64,000 nt of DNA, from assembly GCF_009914755.1 (NCBI RefSeq), contig NC_060930.1; one strand, 5' to 3'. Made by a program: the position numbers and the translations under genes. The notes beneath the pieces were generated by a model. That model did no database searches, was not told the DNA's origin, and saw only the letters and a list, made by a program, of their open reading frames with translations. The stretch comes from the human T2T-CHM13v2.0 reference genome, Homo sapiens. Below are positions 1 to 18,415 of this stretch, piece after piece; the first letter of the stretch is position 1; each line of letters opens with the position of its first letter.

Positions 1-912
1 TTTTGGATAGGTCATTATTGATGTACACAAATGCAACTGATTTTGAAAGTTCTTTTGTATTTTGCAACTTTATTGAATTCATTTATTAGTTCAAAGATAA
101 TTTGTATGTGTAGGGTCTTTAGGGTTTTCTACATATGAGACCATGTCACCTGCAGATAGAGATAACTTTATATCTTTCCAATTTGAATGTCTTTTGTTTC
201 TTTTTGTGTGTGATTTCCGTTGCTATAGTACTTCAGTGCTATGTTAAATAGAAGTGGTGAGAGTGGGCATCTTTCCCGTAGACCAAATCTTAGAAGAAAA
301 CTTTCAGTTTTTTTCCCATGGATTATGGTATTAGCTGTGAGCCTCTAATAAATGACCTTTATTATGTTGAGAAAATTTCCATTTATGCTCAAATAGTTGA
401 GACTTTTTAATCAAAAAAAGTTGAACTTTGCCAAAAGCTTTTTATATATCAGTTGAGATGATCATGTGGTTTTAATCTTTCATTCTGTTGATATAATGCA
501 TCACATTGATTGATTAGCATATATTAAACAAAATCAACATTCCAGTGATAAATCCCAATTCGTCATAATGTATAATCTTTTTGATGTGTTGTTGAATTAG
601 TTTTCTAGCATTTTATTAAGGACCCTTCCATTTATATTCATCAGAGATATTGCCTTGCATTTTTTTTTTCTTGTGGTGTCTTTGTCTGGCTTTGGTATCG
701 GAGTGATGCTAACCTCATAAAATGAGTTTGGAAGAATTCCCTCTAGTTCTTTTTTTTGGAAAAGCTTACAAAGAATTGGTAATAATTCTTCTTTGAATGT
801 TTGGTAGAATTCAGCCATGAAAGCATCTGATCCTGGACTTTTCTTTGTTGAGAGATTTTTAATTTCTACTTCAATCTCTTTATTTGTTATTGGTCTGTTC
901 AGGCTTTCTAAC
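1..912 (-). mobile_element. Old L1 (L1M-type) ORF2 fragment
   Basis: ORF 597-914 translates as L1 ORF2 ([21 protein letters not shown]). Confidence 0.9.
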
Positions 913-1213
913 ACTTACTGACATGGTGACTTTCAAAGTTATAAACCATACTCAAAAATTATAAAATTGTATATGAGAGGTCTAAAATGGCTAAACAGGA
1001 CTTTCTATCTTTCCAGAAAGCTAAAATATATTTGCAAGTGAAAAGTATTTATTTAACAAATATTTTTCAAACACGTACTATATATAGTATTTGCCTACAC
1101 CAAATAAGTGCTTATTTTTATTTGATTTTATTAATTTTTTAAAAAGAAATATATTTTAAGGCCTTTCACTGTGCACCTTCTAATTTTAATGTTTTCTTTC
1201 TTTTCTTTACTAG

Positions 1214-1230
1214 GGACTGTGTTGGATAAG
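1214..1230 (+). pseudogene. 17-nt micro-exon (xTVLDK), dynein AAA3 'SKLDK'-like
   Basis: Branch-like ttctaat near 1178, long pyrimidine tract, acceptor tag at 1211-1213, strong donor AAG|gtaaga. Confidence 0.55.
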
Positions 1231-1440
1231 GTAAGAAATATGAGGTTCTACCCTATCTCTTTCTTCCCATCTCTATAATCTCAAACTATAAGTGAAGTTG
1301 TTTTTTTATAATGCAGTACTTCACAGATTCATGGGTAACTGGCACAATGAACTTCAAATTCTTACATTTTTGATATAATTAAATAAAGTAGACATAAAGT
1401 GTACAATCTCTTTTCATTAATTAATGTCCTTTGAAACTTC

Positions 1441-1605
1441 GGTAAAGTCTTGTCTTTGTTAAACCGCATAATTCTACATGGATTGTGATGAGTTTCGTAA
1501 GGCTCAGTGAACTTTTCCATCTCGTAATTTCTACAGTACTTAGAGAGCAGTATGTACCAAACATCTCATCCCCAAAGAGATATTTACATTTTAAATAATC
1601 CACAG
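1441..1605 (+). pseudogene. Exon remnant, AAA3 Walker B region (GK-LVFV / MDCDEF / SELFHLVI..HFK*ST)
   Basis: Needs frameshifts and contains a stop; resembles recalled GKKLVVFIDDLNMP..DEYG..ELLRQ; donor CAG|gtaaac at 1605/1606. Confidence 0.4.
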
Positions 1606-1802
1606 GTAAACTGGAGTGTTACAAAAAAACAGAACATCTTGTACCAAGAAAGTCATTCCTTCTTGCTTTCCAGCTGGCCAAGTCAATTCCAGCATGTACA
1701 CTTATGTTTTTCCAGATTCTAAATCCAGAAATCTTTGATGTCTTGGCCAATTCCTGGGTAAATCCAGTCCTTTTGTTCTTTTTGTCCTTTTATCATTTGA
1801 TG

Positions 1803-2005
1803 GAATAGAAACAGTCCAAGCTTTGGCACCAAGGAGACCTTGTTTGAATCCAGACTCTGACATTTACTAGCAGTTTACATAATCTCATTTCAGCTTTGAG
1901 AGTATCATCTGTAAAATACGAATGAATAACATGTCTGTCTTACAGGACTATACTGAGTAAAGAGTTTGGCACCACGCCTGGCTTACAACAGAGTTTTGAT
2001 AAATC
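1803..2005 (+). mobile_element. MIR
   Basis: Degenerate MIR core (ttgtttgaatccagactctgac...catctgtaaaat). Confidence 0.6.
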
Positions 2006-3604
2006 CATAACAATGGCAGTGGCAGCAGTAGCAGGAGTTAGCAGCACTAGTAGGTGGTGGTATTGGTGATGGTGGTAGTGGTAATAGAAGTAGTAGTAGT
2101 TAATATCAGTATTAGTAATAGTATGAGTTGGAGTGGAGATAAAACATGATTGGGTATTATCTTGAGTTGAGGCACAATAAGAGGTCTCTTAGATAAGCCT
2201 ACCTAAAAAGGGGGCATTCAGAAAGATCTGTGAGTTATTATGACCTGTGTTTTTGAAAACAGGATTGTATATATGTTGAAGTTGTCACAGAGGAGATTTG
2301 AGAAAAAAATATAAAAGAATATTGGTTATAAAAAAGAATAATTGATTAGAAAAGTGTCAGCTAGGCAGGTTGTACAGCACACTCTAAGTGGGAAGTGTAG
2401 CTGGAGGTATCTTAAATTGGAGAAATTAACAAGTCCTAACTGTGTAACTTTGCTTTGTTGAGACTTGTGCCTGTCTTGATAGCATTTTGATATCCCTTAG
2501 GTTCATGAGTAAAGGAATAAAGGAGACCTTCATCAACAAATAATGAGTAGTCAAAGAACACTTCAGATGAGAGTAAATGAAGCACTCTAAATGCTGAACT
2601 AGCATTGATTGACACTGAGAATCAATGTTTATGTTTGTAGGTATAACATTTAGACATATACCCACCTTAATCCTAAAAAAAATTCGTCAGGCAAAATGAC
2701 AGATCTAGCCACTTTATCCTTGGCTCATTACTAAGGATGGAAAGTTACAAAACTTAATTGAATTTTATCAAGTTTAATGGCATGTCTTTATAAAATGAAT
2801 TCTGATAACCTGATTGCAATTTATTGTCCATAATTCCAAGGAGTTTGGTTGGGAAACTCAGAAGCCTTGATTATTGGTTAGTTTAACTTATTGCACATAA
2901 ATATTTTTCTCTGGATGCAATCTCTCACTTCCTTCTGTTCTTACAAAATTACAGGTTTGAAGAGCATCAAGTAGCCAAGTTGTATGCTATGCATTTTAAT
3001 CATCTCTTCATATATTATTAGATAATACAATTTCAAGCTGTTTCATTGTTTTGTTAACATTCCTGTTCTAATTTGAAAAAGAAACTAAGAATATATAATT
3101 TTATAAAATTTGTAGTCCTTACTCATTTGGTGGCCTCACCCTTATGTTTTCAACCTTTCCCTATACCCTGACTGTTTCCATCAACACCTATAAATACCCA
3201 TACACACATACCACTTTACATATATCTGTCTCTATCCCTGCCTCCATCTGTCCCTACTGTCCTCACTCTTCATTTCTTCTTGGGTCCTCATATGTTGAAA
3301 TTTTATCCATGTTCTCACTTCTGTTTTATCTGTAAATCCACTTCAATTTCACTTAGACCGTACTGTTTCATACTGTTTCTCTGTTTCTTTTCATTGAAGC
3401 CATCATAAATCATGTGTTCATTCATTGCACACATTGATTATAACTTCTATGTGGTAGATCTCATAGATATAAAAATGAATTGATGTTGTGTATGATCTCA
3501 GTGAATTTGTAGTACAGTAAGGAAAATTGCTTCCTCTTAGACTTTATTATTGAAGCTCTTCCACCATCCATGCCCGAACTCTGTCTTTGACTTTTTTATT
3601 CTAG

Positions 3605-3650
3605 TTTATTTGCAGACATATGTTGAGGGTCTACAATAATTCTAAGCATG
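3605..3650 (+). pseudogene. 46-nt exon (FICRHMLRVYNNSKH)
   Basis: Pyrimidine tract plus ctag acceptor; consensus donor ATG|gtaagt; phase-compatible with the exon at 3773; weak similarity to FVCAM..GRN. Confidence 0.55.
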
Positions 3651-3772
3651 GTAAGTAATGGATGGATTGTATCTGTGCCTTTGTATAGTAAATATTCTTA
3701 CTCCTCATACTTCTTCTCTGAGTCTGGTCTGGCTTCTTGCTTGCTGCTTCCTGCCTTCTGTGTTTTCCCAAG

Positions 3773-3874
3773 AATATTGCTCAGATCATGATTGGGATAC
3801 CTGGTACTTCTTTTATGATTCCTCAGAAACAGATTTCTCGAGACTGCAAAGGATACTAAAGATACTATTGGCAA
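3773..3874 (+). pseudogene. 102-nt exon ending ETDFSRLQRILKILLA (end of AAA3)
   Basis: Long pyrimidine tract plus aag acceptor; donor CAA|gtaagc; open frame; aligns without gaps to recalled DNAH1-type EMDEVSKKRIFSTIL. Confidence 0.65.
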
Positions 3875-5158
3875 GTAAGCAAATGTTGTGCCACAAATTA
3901 CAAATCATGTGGAAGGGGCTGCTATTTTGCATGTTAACCTCAGAGCACAGATAACTCCAAACTCAAGCAGAAGTTTTTGTTATAAATAATATCTCTGGCC
4001 CCAACATACTACCAATTCAAAAGTCCTAAAACAAAGGAGATAGAAGAATTAGAAGATATTGTTTATAAATGATTTAATTTAAATTGAACATATTAAGAAT
4101 AATTAATAGTTGTATTTTTCATTCCTGTATCATCAGATTTTAAATTTAGAACGGAAAATTTGTTCTTGACTTTAAATTATATTATACATCCCTTAAAGTT
4201 TAGTGCAAAGTTACTATTCTGCACTTTTTGAAAATTTGCTATGCCCATGCTAATCAATGGGCTTCAATAGAAATGTAAGAAGATAATGAATGACAGTAAA
4301 AACAATTCTTCATTATATGTTAACGTTATTGTGGAACAAATAAACCACATATTCTTCAATTTACAGAGAAATAGTTTTTGTGCAAGAATTTTATAGCAAA
4401 ATTATCTAGCCCAAGTTATCCTACCTCATCCCTCCAAAATGTCAATTCTGAGACTCCAACTTTCAGCAGTCATTTGGTTACACTTTTCCACTACAATTTA
4501 ATGAATAAATAATTATAATGTGGTGAAACTTTTGCCAAGATATTATGTTGCAATGCTTAGGTATTAAGAGATTGCTAGTTTGAAATTTTGAATTTATAAC
4601 AATATTATTATTACACAGTTAATCTAGCGAAATGGATTCTATAATTATTGCATTGGATTTACAGGATCATATCTCAGCCTTATATACTTTACCACTATTG
4701 TCTAAAAACTGAAAAGGTTACAAGTGAAAATAACCATTTCTATCTATTTTTAAATTTCCAATGTGTCATGAATTAATAATTTGGTAAAATACAATCAAAG
4801 TGACTACTAGAGAAATAAAGACAAAATATATCATCTTAATTATTAAATTATATATGTATATGATTAATCAGTCAAATTTCTATAAAGGTATTGAAACATT
4901 TACTCTTACTCTTAATTTTTATACTTAAGTGAAGAAAAGAAATAGTCCATTAGTTGGCACTAATCTGAACCATGCTTTGAATAGCTCACATGGAAACAGT
5001 AATTGTTAATGTTTCTTCAGGGTTAAAACTTTATGATGTTATAATATTAATTAGCAAACAAATGGAAATAAGTGCCTAAACAACAGTGTTTTAATTTTTT
5101 AAAGACATATTTTTATATTAAAATATTTTCCTGGAATTTTTTTTAGAGATTAATACCA

Positions 5159-6857
5159 TTTTTTAAAGTTTTATTTTAAGTTCAGGGACACATGCATAGG
5201 TTTGTTACACAGGTAAACTTGTGTCATGGGGGTTTGTTTTAAGATTATTTCATCGCCCGCATTAGTTATTTTTCCTGATCCTCTCCCTCCTCCCATCCTT
5301 CACCTTACAATGGGCCCCAGTGTGTGTTGTTCCCCTCTCTGTGTCCATATGTTCTCATTATTTAGCTCCTACTTATAAGTGAGAACATGCAGTATTTGGT
5401 TTTCTGTTCCTGTGTCAGTTTGCTAAGAATATGACCTCCAGCTCTATTCATGTCCCTGCAAAGGACATGATCTCATTTTTTATAACTGCATAGTATTCAC
5501 AATGTATATGTACCATATTTTCTTTATGGTATACATACCATTTACCCAATCTATCATCAGTGGGCATTTAGGTTGATTCCATGGTCTTGTTATTGTGAAT
5601 AGTGTGCTGCAATGAACATGTGAGAGTATGTGTCTTTATAATAGAATAATTTATATTCCTTTGTGTATATATGCAGTAATGCGATTGCTGGATCAAATGG
5701 TATTTGTGTCTTTGGTCTTTGAGGAATTGCCACACTGTCTTCCATAGTGGTTGAACTAATTTACACTCCTACAAAAAGCGTTCAAGCATTCCTTTTTCTC
5801 CACAACCTCACCAGCATCTGTTTTGTTTTGTTTTGACTTTTTAATAATAGCCATTCAGATTAGTGTGAGATGGTATCACATTGTGGTTTTGATTTGCTCT
5901 CCTTCAATGGTTAGTAATTTTTTATATGCCTATGGCCATATGTAGGTCTTCTTTTGAAAAGTGTCTGTTTGTGTCCTTTCTCCACTTTTTAATGTTTTTT
6001 CTTGTAAATTTGTGTAAGTTCTTTATAGATGCTAGATATTAGACCTTTGTCGGATGCATAGTTTTCAAAAATTGTCTCCCATTCTGTAGGTTGTCTGTTT
6101 ACTCTGTTGATATTTCCTTTTCTGTGCAGAAGCTCTTATGTTTCATTAGATCCCATTTGTCAATTTTTGCTTTTGTTGCAATTGCTTTTGGCATCTCCAT
6201 CATGAAATCTTTGTTCATGCCTATGTCCTGAATGATACTGTCTTCCTTTTTTATAAGGTTTTTATAGTTTTGCGATTTACATTGAAGTCTTTAATTCACC
6301 TTGAGTTTATTTTTGTATATGATTTTAGGAAAGGGTCCCATTTCAATCTTCTGCACATGGCAAGCCAGTTCTCCCAGCACCATTTATTGAATAGGGAATC
6401 CCCTCTCCATTGCTTTTTGTTGTCAAGGTTGTCTAAGATCAGATTGTTGTAGGTGTACAATCTTATTTCTGGGTTCCTTATTCTATTTCATTGGTCTATG
6501 TGTCTGCTTTTGTACTAGTACCATGCTGTGTTGGTTACTGTAGACCCGTAGTACAGTTTGAAGTTGGGTAGCGTATGTCCAGCTTTGTTATTTTTGCTTA
6601 GGATTGCCTTGGCTATTTGGGCTCCTTCTTGGTTCCACATGAAATTTAAATAGTTTTTTCTGGTTCTGTGAAGAATCCCAATGGTAGTTTAACAGGAATA
6701 GCATTGAGTCTATAAATTGTTTTGGAAATTATGGCCATTTTAATGATATTGATTCTTCCTATCCATGAGCATAGAATGTTTTTTCATTTGTTTGTATCAT
6801 CTCTGATTTCTTTGAGCAGTGATTTATAGATATCTTCCACCTTCCTAGTTAGCTGTT
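5159..6857 (-). mobile_element. 5'-truncated L1 (older L1PA, about PA13-16)
   Basis: Reverse complement of the L1 3'UTR and the ORF2 C-terminal region. Confidence 0.9.
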
Positions 6858-6925
6858 GGAAAATTATTTTTACATATCAAATGGAGGAAAAAGGTATGCT
6901 TTGCAGAATGAGAAGGGAAAGAACC

Positions 6926-7405
6926 TCTGGCAGAGATTGCTATCAGTTTATCCAATACCCACTCTTCTCATCTTTAGTAACACAGATCTGTTTTTATTCA
7001 AAGTGGCAATGAGCTCCTTTGCATTTAGGTATGATGGATACTATGAAAATGGAAGTCAATGGGCAAGACTTCTGAAATTCTTTTAAAAGAGATTTCCAAG
7101 AAGATTATGCAACTAGGGAAAGTTTCTTTTTGCCCCCTTCTCTTCCCCTACTTTCTTCCTGGAAAGTGGATAAGATGGCTGGAGTTCTAGAAGCCTTGTT
7201 GTAGTCATGGAGCAACCTCAAGGATGGAGCACATTAAAAAAGGGCAAGGCAGATAATCAGAAGAAACCTAGGACATTGATGACTTTATGGCTCACTGGTG
7301 AGCCTACTTTTAGATATTTTATCACAAGAGAGTAAACAACTTGATTATTTAAGCTACTATAACTGGCTGTTACAAGTAACTAAATGCAATTTCAAATGGC
7401 TAAAC
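6926..7405 (+). mobile_element. MLT1 (J/K-like) MaLR solo LTR
   Basis: tggcagagattgct..tatccaatacccactcttc start; aagatggctggagttctag and ttaagctactat motifs. Confidence 0.6.
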
Positions 7406-7531
7406 TAACTAAAATTAATTTTCCAACTTTTATGTTCCTAAAACTTTTCAGATCTATATAATCTAAACCTTCACCAATTCGTGTATGGTAGATTATAAAA
7501 TGTAGATTTACAGATTATAAAACTGTTTATA

Positions 7532-10500
7532 GGTGAGGAGGGGTAGAGCAAGACGAACAAACAGGAGGCTCCACCAATCATCAACCCCCTTACAAGAATA
7601 CCAATTTAACAACTATCTACACACAAGAAAAGCACTTTCATAAGATCTAAGCATCAAGTGAGCACTCACAGTACCTGGTTTTAAATTCATATTGCTGAAA
7701 GAGTCACTAAAAAAAGGTAGGAAAGACAGTCTTGAATTACCAAGCCCATGCCTTCCCCATCCCCCAGCATAACTGCATGTGCAGAAAGAGAATCTGTGTG
7801 CTTGGGAGAAGGTGAGCACAGGGATTGTGATATGTTACATTGAAATCAGTGCTACTCTGTCATAGCAGAAAGAAAAACCAGGCTGAAATGAGCTCACACT
7901 CACCTATGGAGAGTATTTAAGCCAGCCCTAGACAGAGGAGAATCACCCATTCCAGCAGTCAAAGCCTGAGTTCAGGCAAGCCCTGTTATCATGGACTAAA
8001 GTGATCTGGAGCTCTAAATAAACTTGAAGGTCCTAATGCTGAACTGGGCTCAGAGCCAGTGAACATGAGAAGCACACAACCTAGTGATACATTAGCCCAG
8101 GCAACTAAGGGAGTTCTTCTGTCACCCTTTATCCAGCATCAGGCTGCACAACTCACAGCTCCAAAAGAGACCCCTTCCTTCTGCTTGAGGAGAGAAGTGG
8201 GAAGAGTAAGAGGACTTTGTCATGCATCTTGGATATTAGCTCAACCACATCAGGACAGGTCACCAGTCAGAGTCATAAGTTCCCCATTCCAAGCCCTAGA
8301 TCCCAAATAACATTTCTAGACACACCGTGGGCCAGAGGGGAACTCACTGCCTTGAAGGAAAGAAGCTAGATCCATCCAGACCCATCACCTTCTGAATAAA
8401 GAGCCCTTGGGCTCTGACTAACCAGCAGCAATACACAAATACTATGCCATTGGCCTTGGGTGAGACTGAGAATATCTGGCTTCAGGTGAGACTCAGCATG
8501 TTCCCAGCTATAATGGCTATGGGGAGAAAATCCTTTTCTTGAGAAAAGTGGCAGGAAAAGTAAAGGGGACTTTGTCTTGCATGTTGGTTGCCAGCTCAGA
8601 CACAGAAGTGTAGAGCTCCAAGTGGGTTCTTGAGATCCCTGATTCCAGGCCTTCAATCTTGGATAGCATCTTCTGGACCTTCCTTGGGTGAGAGGGGAGC
8701 CCACTTCCCTGAAGGGTGAGTCCCAGGTTAGGCAGCATTTACCACAAGCTGACTTAAGAGCCCTTGGGGCTTAAGGGAACATCGACGATAGCCTGGTTGT
8801 ACTCCCTGTAGGCCTAATATGGCAGTGGCTACAGAGCAAGGCTCCCTGCCTAAGGAAAGGAGAAGAAAGAATGGGAAGGACAGTGTCTTGTGGCTTCAGT
8901 GACAGTCCTGCCACAGTACAATAGAACACAAGGTTGACTTCTAGGGTTTTTGATTCTAGTCTCTGACTTCAGGTGGCACTGCTGGACCCATCTGGGGCCT
9001 GGGGGGACTCACCACCCTGAAGGGAAGTATACAAGCCTGGCTAGTTTCACCAACTGCTGATTGTAAAACCCCATGGCCTTGAGTACAAATAGGCATTAGC
9101 CAGGTAGTAGCTATAGTGGGCCACAGGCAAGACCCAGTGCTATACTGTATTCAGGTCTGACCTAGCGCAGTTCCAGTAATGGTGGCCACAGGGGTGCTTG
9201 TGTCACTTCACCCCCAGTACCAGGCAGCTCTGAACAGTGAGAGAAATTCCATTTGGGAGAAAGTAAGGGAGGAGAACAAGAGTCTCCACCTGGTAATCCA
9301 CAGAATTATTTTGGATTTTATCCAAGGCCACCAAGAGAGTAAACTCTACAAGTCTGCAAAAACCACAGTGTTACTGGCTTAGGCTGTCCCCTAAAGCAGA
9401 TGCAGCTTATATCATGAAACCAAAATCCTTTCAAACACCTAGAAAGCCTTCCCAAGAAGGACAAGCACTAACAAATCTACACTGCAAAGACTACAGTAAA
9501 TACTTAATTTTTTGATGCCCAGACACAGACAAACATCCAAAAGCATTAAGACGATCCAGGAAAATATGACCTCACCAAACAAACTAAATAAGGCAACAGG
9601 GACTAATCCTGGAGAAACACAGATATGTGACCTTTCAGACAGAGAATTCAAAATAGCTGTTTTGAGGGAATTCAAAGAAATTTAAGATAATGCAGAGAAG
9701 GAATTCAGAATTCTATCAGATTAATTTAACAAAGAGACTGAAATAATTAAAATTAATCAAGCTGAGACTATAGAGTTGAAAAACGCAATTGGCATACTGA
9801 AAAAATGCACCAGAGCATTTTAATACCAAAATTGATTAAGTAGACAAAAGATCTAGTGAGCTTGAAGACAAGCTATTTGAAAATACAGTCACAGGAGACA
9901 AAACAAAAAAGAATAAAAAACAATGAAACATGCCTACAGGAACTAGAAAGTAGCCTCAAAATGGCAAACCTAGAAGTTATTGGCCTTAAACAGTAGTTAG
10001 AGAAAGAGACAGAGGTAGAAATATTATTCAAAGGGATAATAACAGAGAACTTCCAAAACCTAGAGAAAAAAATCAACATCCAAGTATACCATGGTTATAA
10101 CATAGAACTTCTCAAACCTAGAGAAAAATATTAATATCCAAGTATATGAAGATTATAGAACACCAAGCAGATTAAATCCAAAGAGAGCTACTTCAAGGCA
10201 TTTAATAATCAAACTCCAAAGGTCAAGGATAAACAAAGGATCCTAAAAACAGCAAGAGAAAAAGAAAACAATAACATACAATGGAGCTCTAATATGCCTG
10301 GCAGCAGCCTTTTCAGTGGAGACCTTACAGACCGGGAGAAAGTGGCATGACATATTTAAAGTGCTGAAAGAAAAAACATGTACACCCTAGAATAGAAAAT
10401 CTGAAAAAAATATCCTTCAAATATGAAGTAGAAACATATGAAGATGTTTCCCAAGCAAACAAAAGCTGAGGGATTTTATCAACAGCAGATCTCTCCTACA

Positions 10501-12522
10501 ATAAATGGTGAAGGGAGTACTTCTATCACAAAGAAAAATATGTTAACAAGCAAAGAGAAATCATTTTAAGGTACAAAACTCACTGGTAATAGTAAGTTCA
10601 CAGGAAAACACAGAATATTATAACACTGTGACTGTTGTGTGTAAACTACTCTTAAGTAGAAAGACTAAATGATAAACCAATAAAAAAATAACTCTTCAAT
10701 ACATAAACATTAGGGTAAGATAAAAATAAAAACAACAAAAGTTAAAAAGTAAGGGGCAAATTTAAGGTATAGAGTTTTTATTAGTTTTCTTTTTGTTTGT
10801 TTGTGCAAACACTGTTAAGTTGTTATCAGCTTAAATAAAGGGCTATAAGATAGGATCTGCAAGCCTTGTAGTGACTTCAAATTAAAAAACATGTAACTGG
10901 TGCACAAAAAAATAAAAAGGAGAGATTAAATCTTACCATCAGAAAAATTACCTTCACTGAAAGAAAGACAGGAAGGAAGAAAAGAAGAGAGGACCGCAAA
11001 ATAACCAGAAAACAAATAACAAAATAACAGGAGTAACTCCTTAATTATTAATAATAACTTTGAATGTAAATGGACTAAATTCTCCCAAAAAAAGACACCA
11101 AAAATGGCTTAATGAATTTAAAAAAAGACCCAGTGATCTGTTTCCTATAAGAAACACACTTCACCTAGAAAAACACAGATAAACTGAAAAAGATATTCCA
11201 TGTCAATGGAAACCAAAAAAAGAGCAGGAGTAGCCGCACTTATATCAAACAAGATAGACTTCAACACAAAAATTATTTGAAGAGACAAAGAAGGTCATTA
11301 TATAATGATAAAGGTGTCATTTCAGCAAGAGGATATCACAATTTTAAATATATTTGTACCCAACACTGGAGGACCCATGCTTATAACACAGAACTTCTCA
11401 AACCTAGAGAAAAATATTAATATCCAAGTATAGGAAGCTAATATTATTATGGCTAAAAAGAGAGATGGTCCCATATACAATAACAGCTGGAGACTTGAAC
11501 ACCTCACTTTCAGCATTTGTGGGATCTTCTAGACAGAAACACAACAAAGAAACAAGAGCCTTAATCTGCACTATAGAACCTGATAGATATTTATAGAACA
11601 TTTCATTGAATGGCTGCAGAATACACATTCTTATCATCAGCACATGGATCATCCTCGAGGATAGACCATGTATTAGGTCACAAAACAAGTCTTAAAACAT
11701 TAAAAAAAACTGAAATATTATCAAGCACCTATGACCACAATGGACTGAAACTAGAAATCAAAAGCAAAAGGAAGTTTGGACACTATACATTCCAACACAT
11801 GGAAATTAAACAATATCCTCCTGAACGACCAGTGGTTCAATTAAGAAATTGAGGAAAAAAGTTAAAAATGTATTGAAACATATGATAATGGAAACACAAC
11901 ATACCAAAACCTATGGGATACAGAGAAAGAAGCATTAAGAGGTAAGTTTATAGCTAGAAATGAGTTCATCAAAGAAAGAAAAACTTCAAATTAACAACTT
12001 AATGATGAATCTTAAAGAACTATAAGAATAACCAAACCCCAAATTAGTAGAATAAAGAAATAATAAAAAACAGAGCAGCAATAAATGAATTTGAAATGAA
12101 GAAAACAATACAAAAGATCAATAAAACAGAAGTTAGTTTTTTGTTTTTTGTTGTTTTTTCTTTTTTGAGACTGGGTCTCACTCTGTCTCCCAGGCTGGAG
12201 TTCAGTGATGCAATCTTGCTTCATGGCAGCCTCAGCCTCCTGGGTCCAAGCAATTCCCCTGCCTCGGCCTCCTGAGTAGCTGGGATTAAGTTGCCCACTA
12301 CCATGCCCGGTAAATTTTTGTATTTTTAGTAGAGACAGGATTTCATCATGTTGGCCAGGCTGGTCTCGAGCTCCTGGCCTCAAGTGATCCACCCACCTTG
12401 GCCTCTGAAATGCTGGAATTACAGGCATGAGTCACCATGCCCAGCCAGAAGCTTTTTTTGAAAAGCTCAACAAAATTGACAAAACTTTAGCCAGACTAAC
12501 TAAGAAAAAAAGAGAGATTCTC
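7532..12522 (+). mobile_element. 5' half of an L1 (L1M1/L1MA1-3-like): long 5'UTR, ORF1, ORF2 endonuclease region
   Basis: 5'UTR about 7532-9500, decayed ORF1 about 9510-10570, ORF2 from about 11022. Confidence 0.85.
12137..12446 (-). mobile_element. AluS
   Basis: Full dimer; imperfect TSD agaag..ttttttg. Confidence 0.95.
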
Positions 12523-12935
12523 AAATCACAGTGCAGTAAAAATAGAAATCAAGACTAAGAAACTCACTCAAAAACATACAATTACATAGAAATTTACAAA
12601 GCTCTTCCTGAATGACTTTTGGGTAAATAATGTAATGGAGAAAGAAATCAAGAAGTTCTTTGAAAGTAAAGAGAACAAAAACACAACATACCAGAATCCC
12701 TGGGACATGGCTAAGGCTGTGTTAAGAGCAAAATTTATAACACTAAACACCCACATCAAAAGGTTATAAAGATCTCAAATTAGCAACCTAACAGCACAAC
12801 AAACGGAACTAGATAAGCAGGAGAAAATCAACCCTAAAGCTAGCCGAAGACAAAAAATAACCAAAATCAGAACTTAACTGAAGAAGATTGAGACATCAAA
12901 AAAATTAAAAAGACCAACCAATCCAGGAGGAGTTT

Positions 12936-18415
<5,480 letters not shown>

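Noticed and set aside
1421-1603. 60-aa minus-strand ORF with a plausible acceptor
   Set aside because: No recognisable product; the same DNA fits the + strand dynein chain better.
1214-2981. Alternative splice reading GLCWIR..FLQNYRFEEHQVAKL, reminiscent of RGS22
   Set aside because: Needs a weak donor and a missing acceptor, and no other RGS-like segment follows; the dynein model explains far more islands in order.
4620-5067. Candidate exons 4665-4716 (..HYCLKTEK) and 5021-5067 (LKLYDVIILISKQME)
   Set aside because: Weak or dead donors and ambiguous frames; they may be real remnants but are not supportable.
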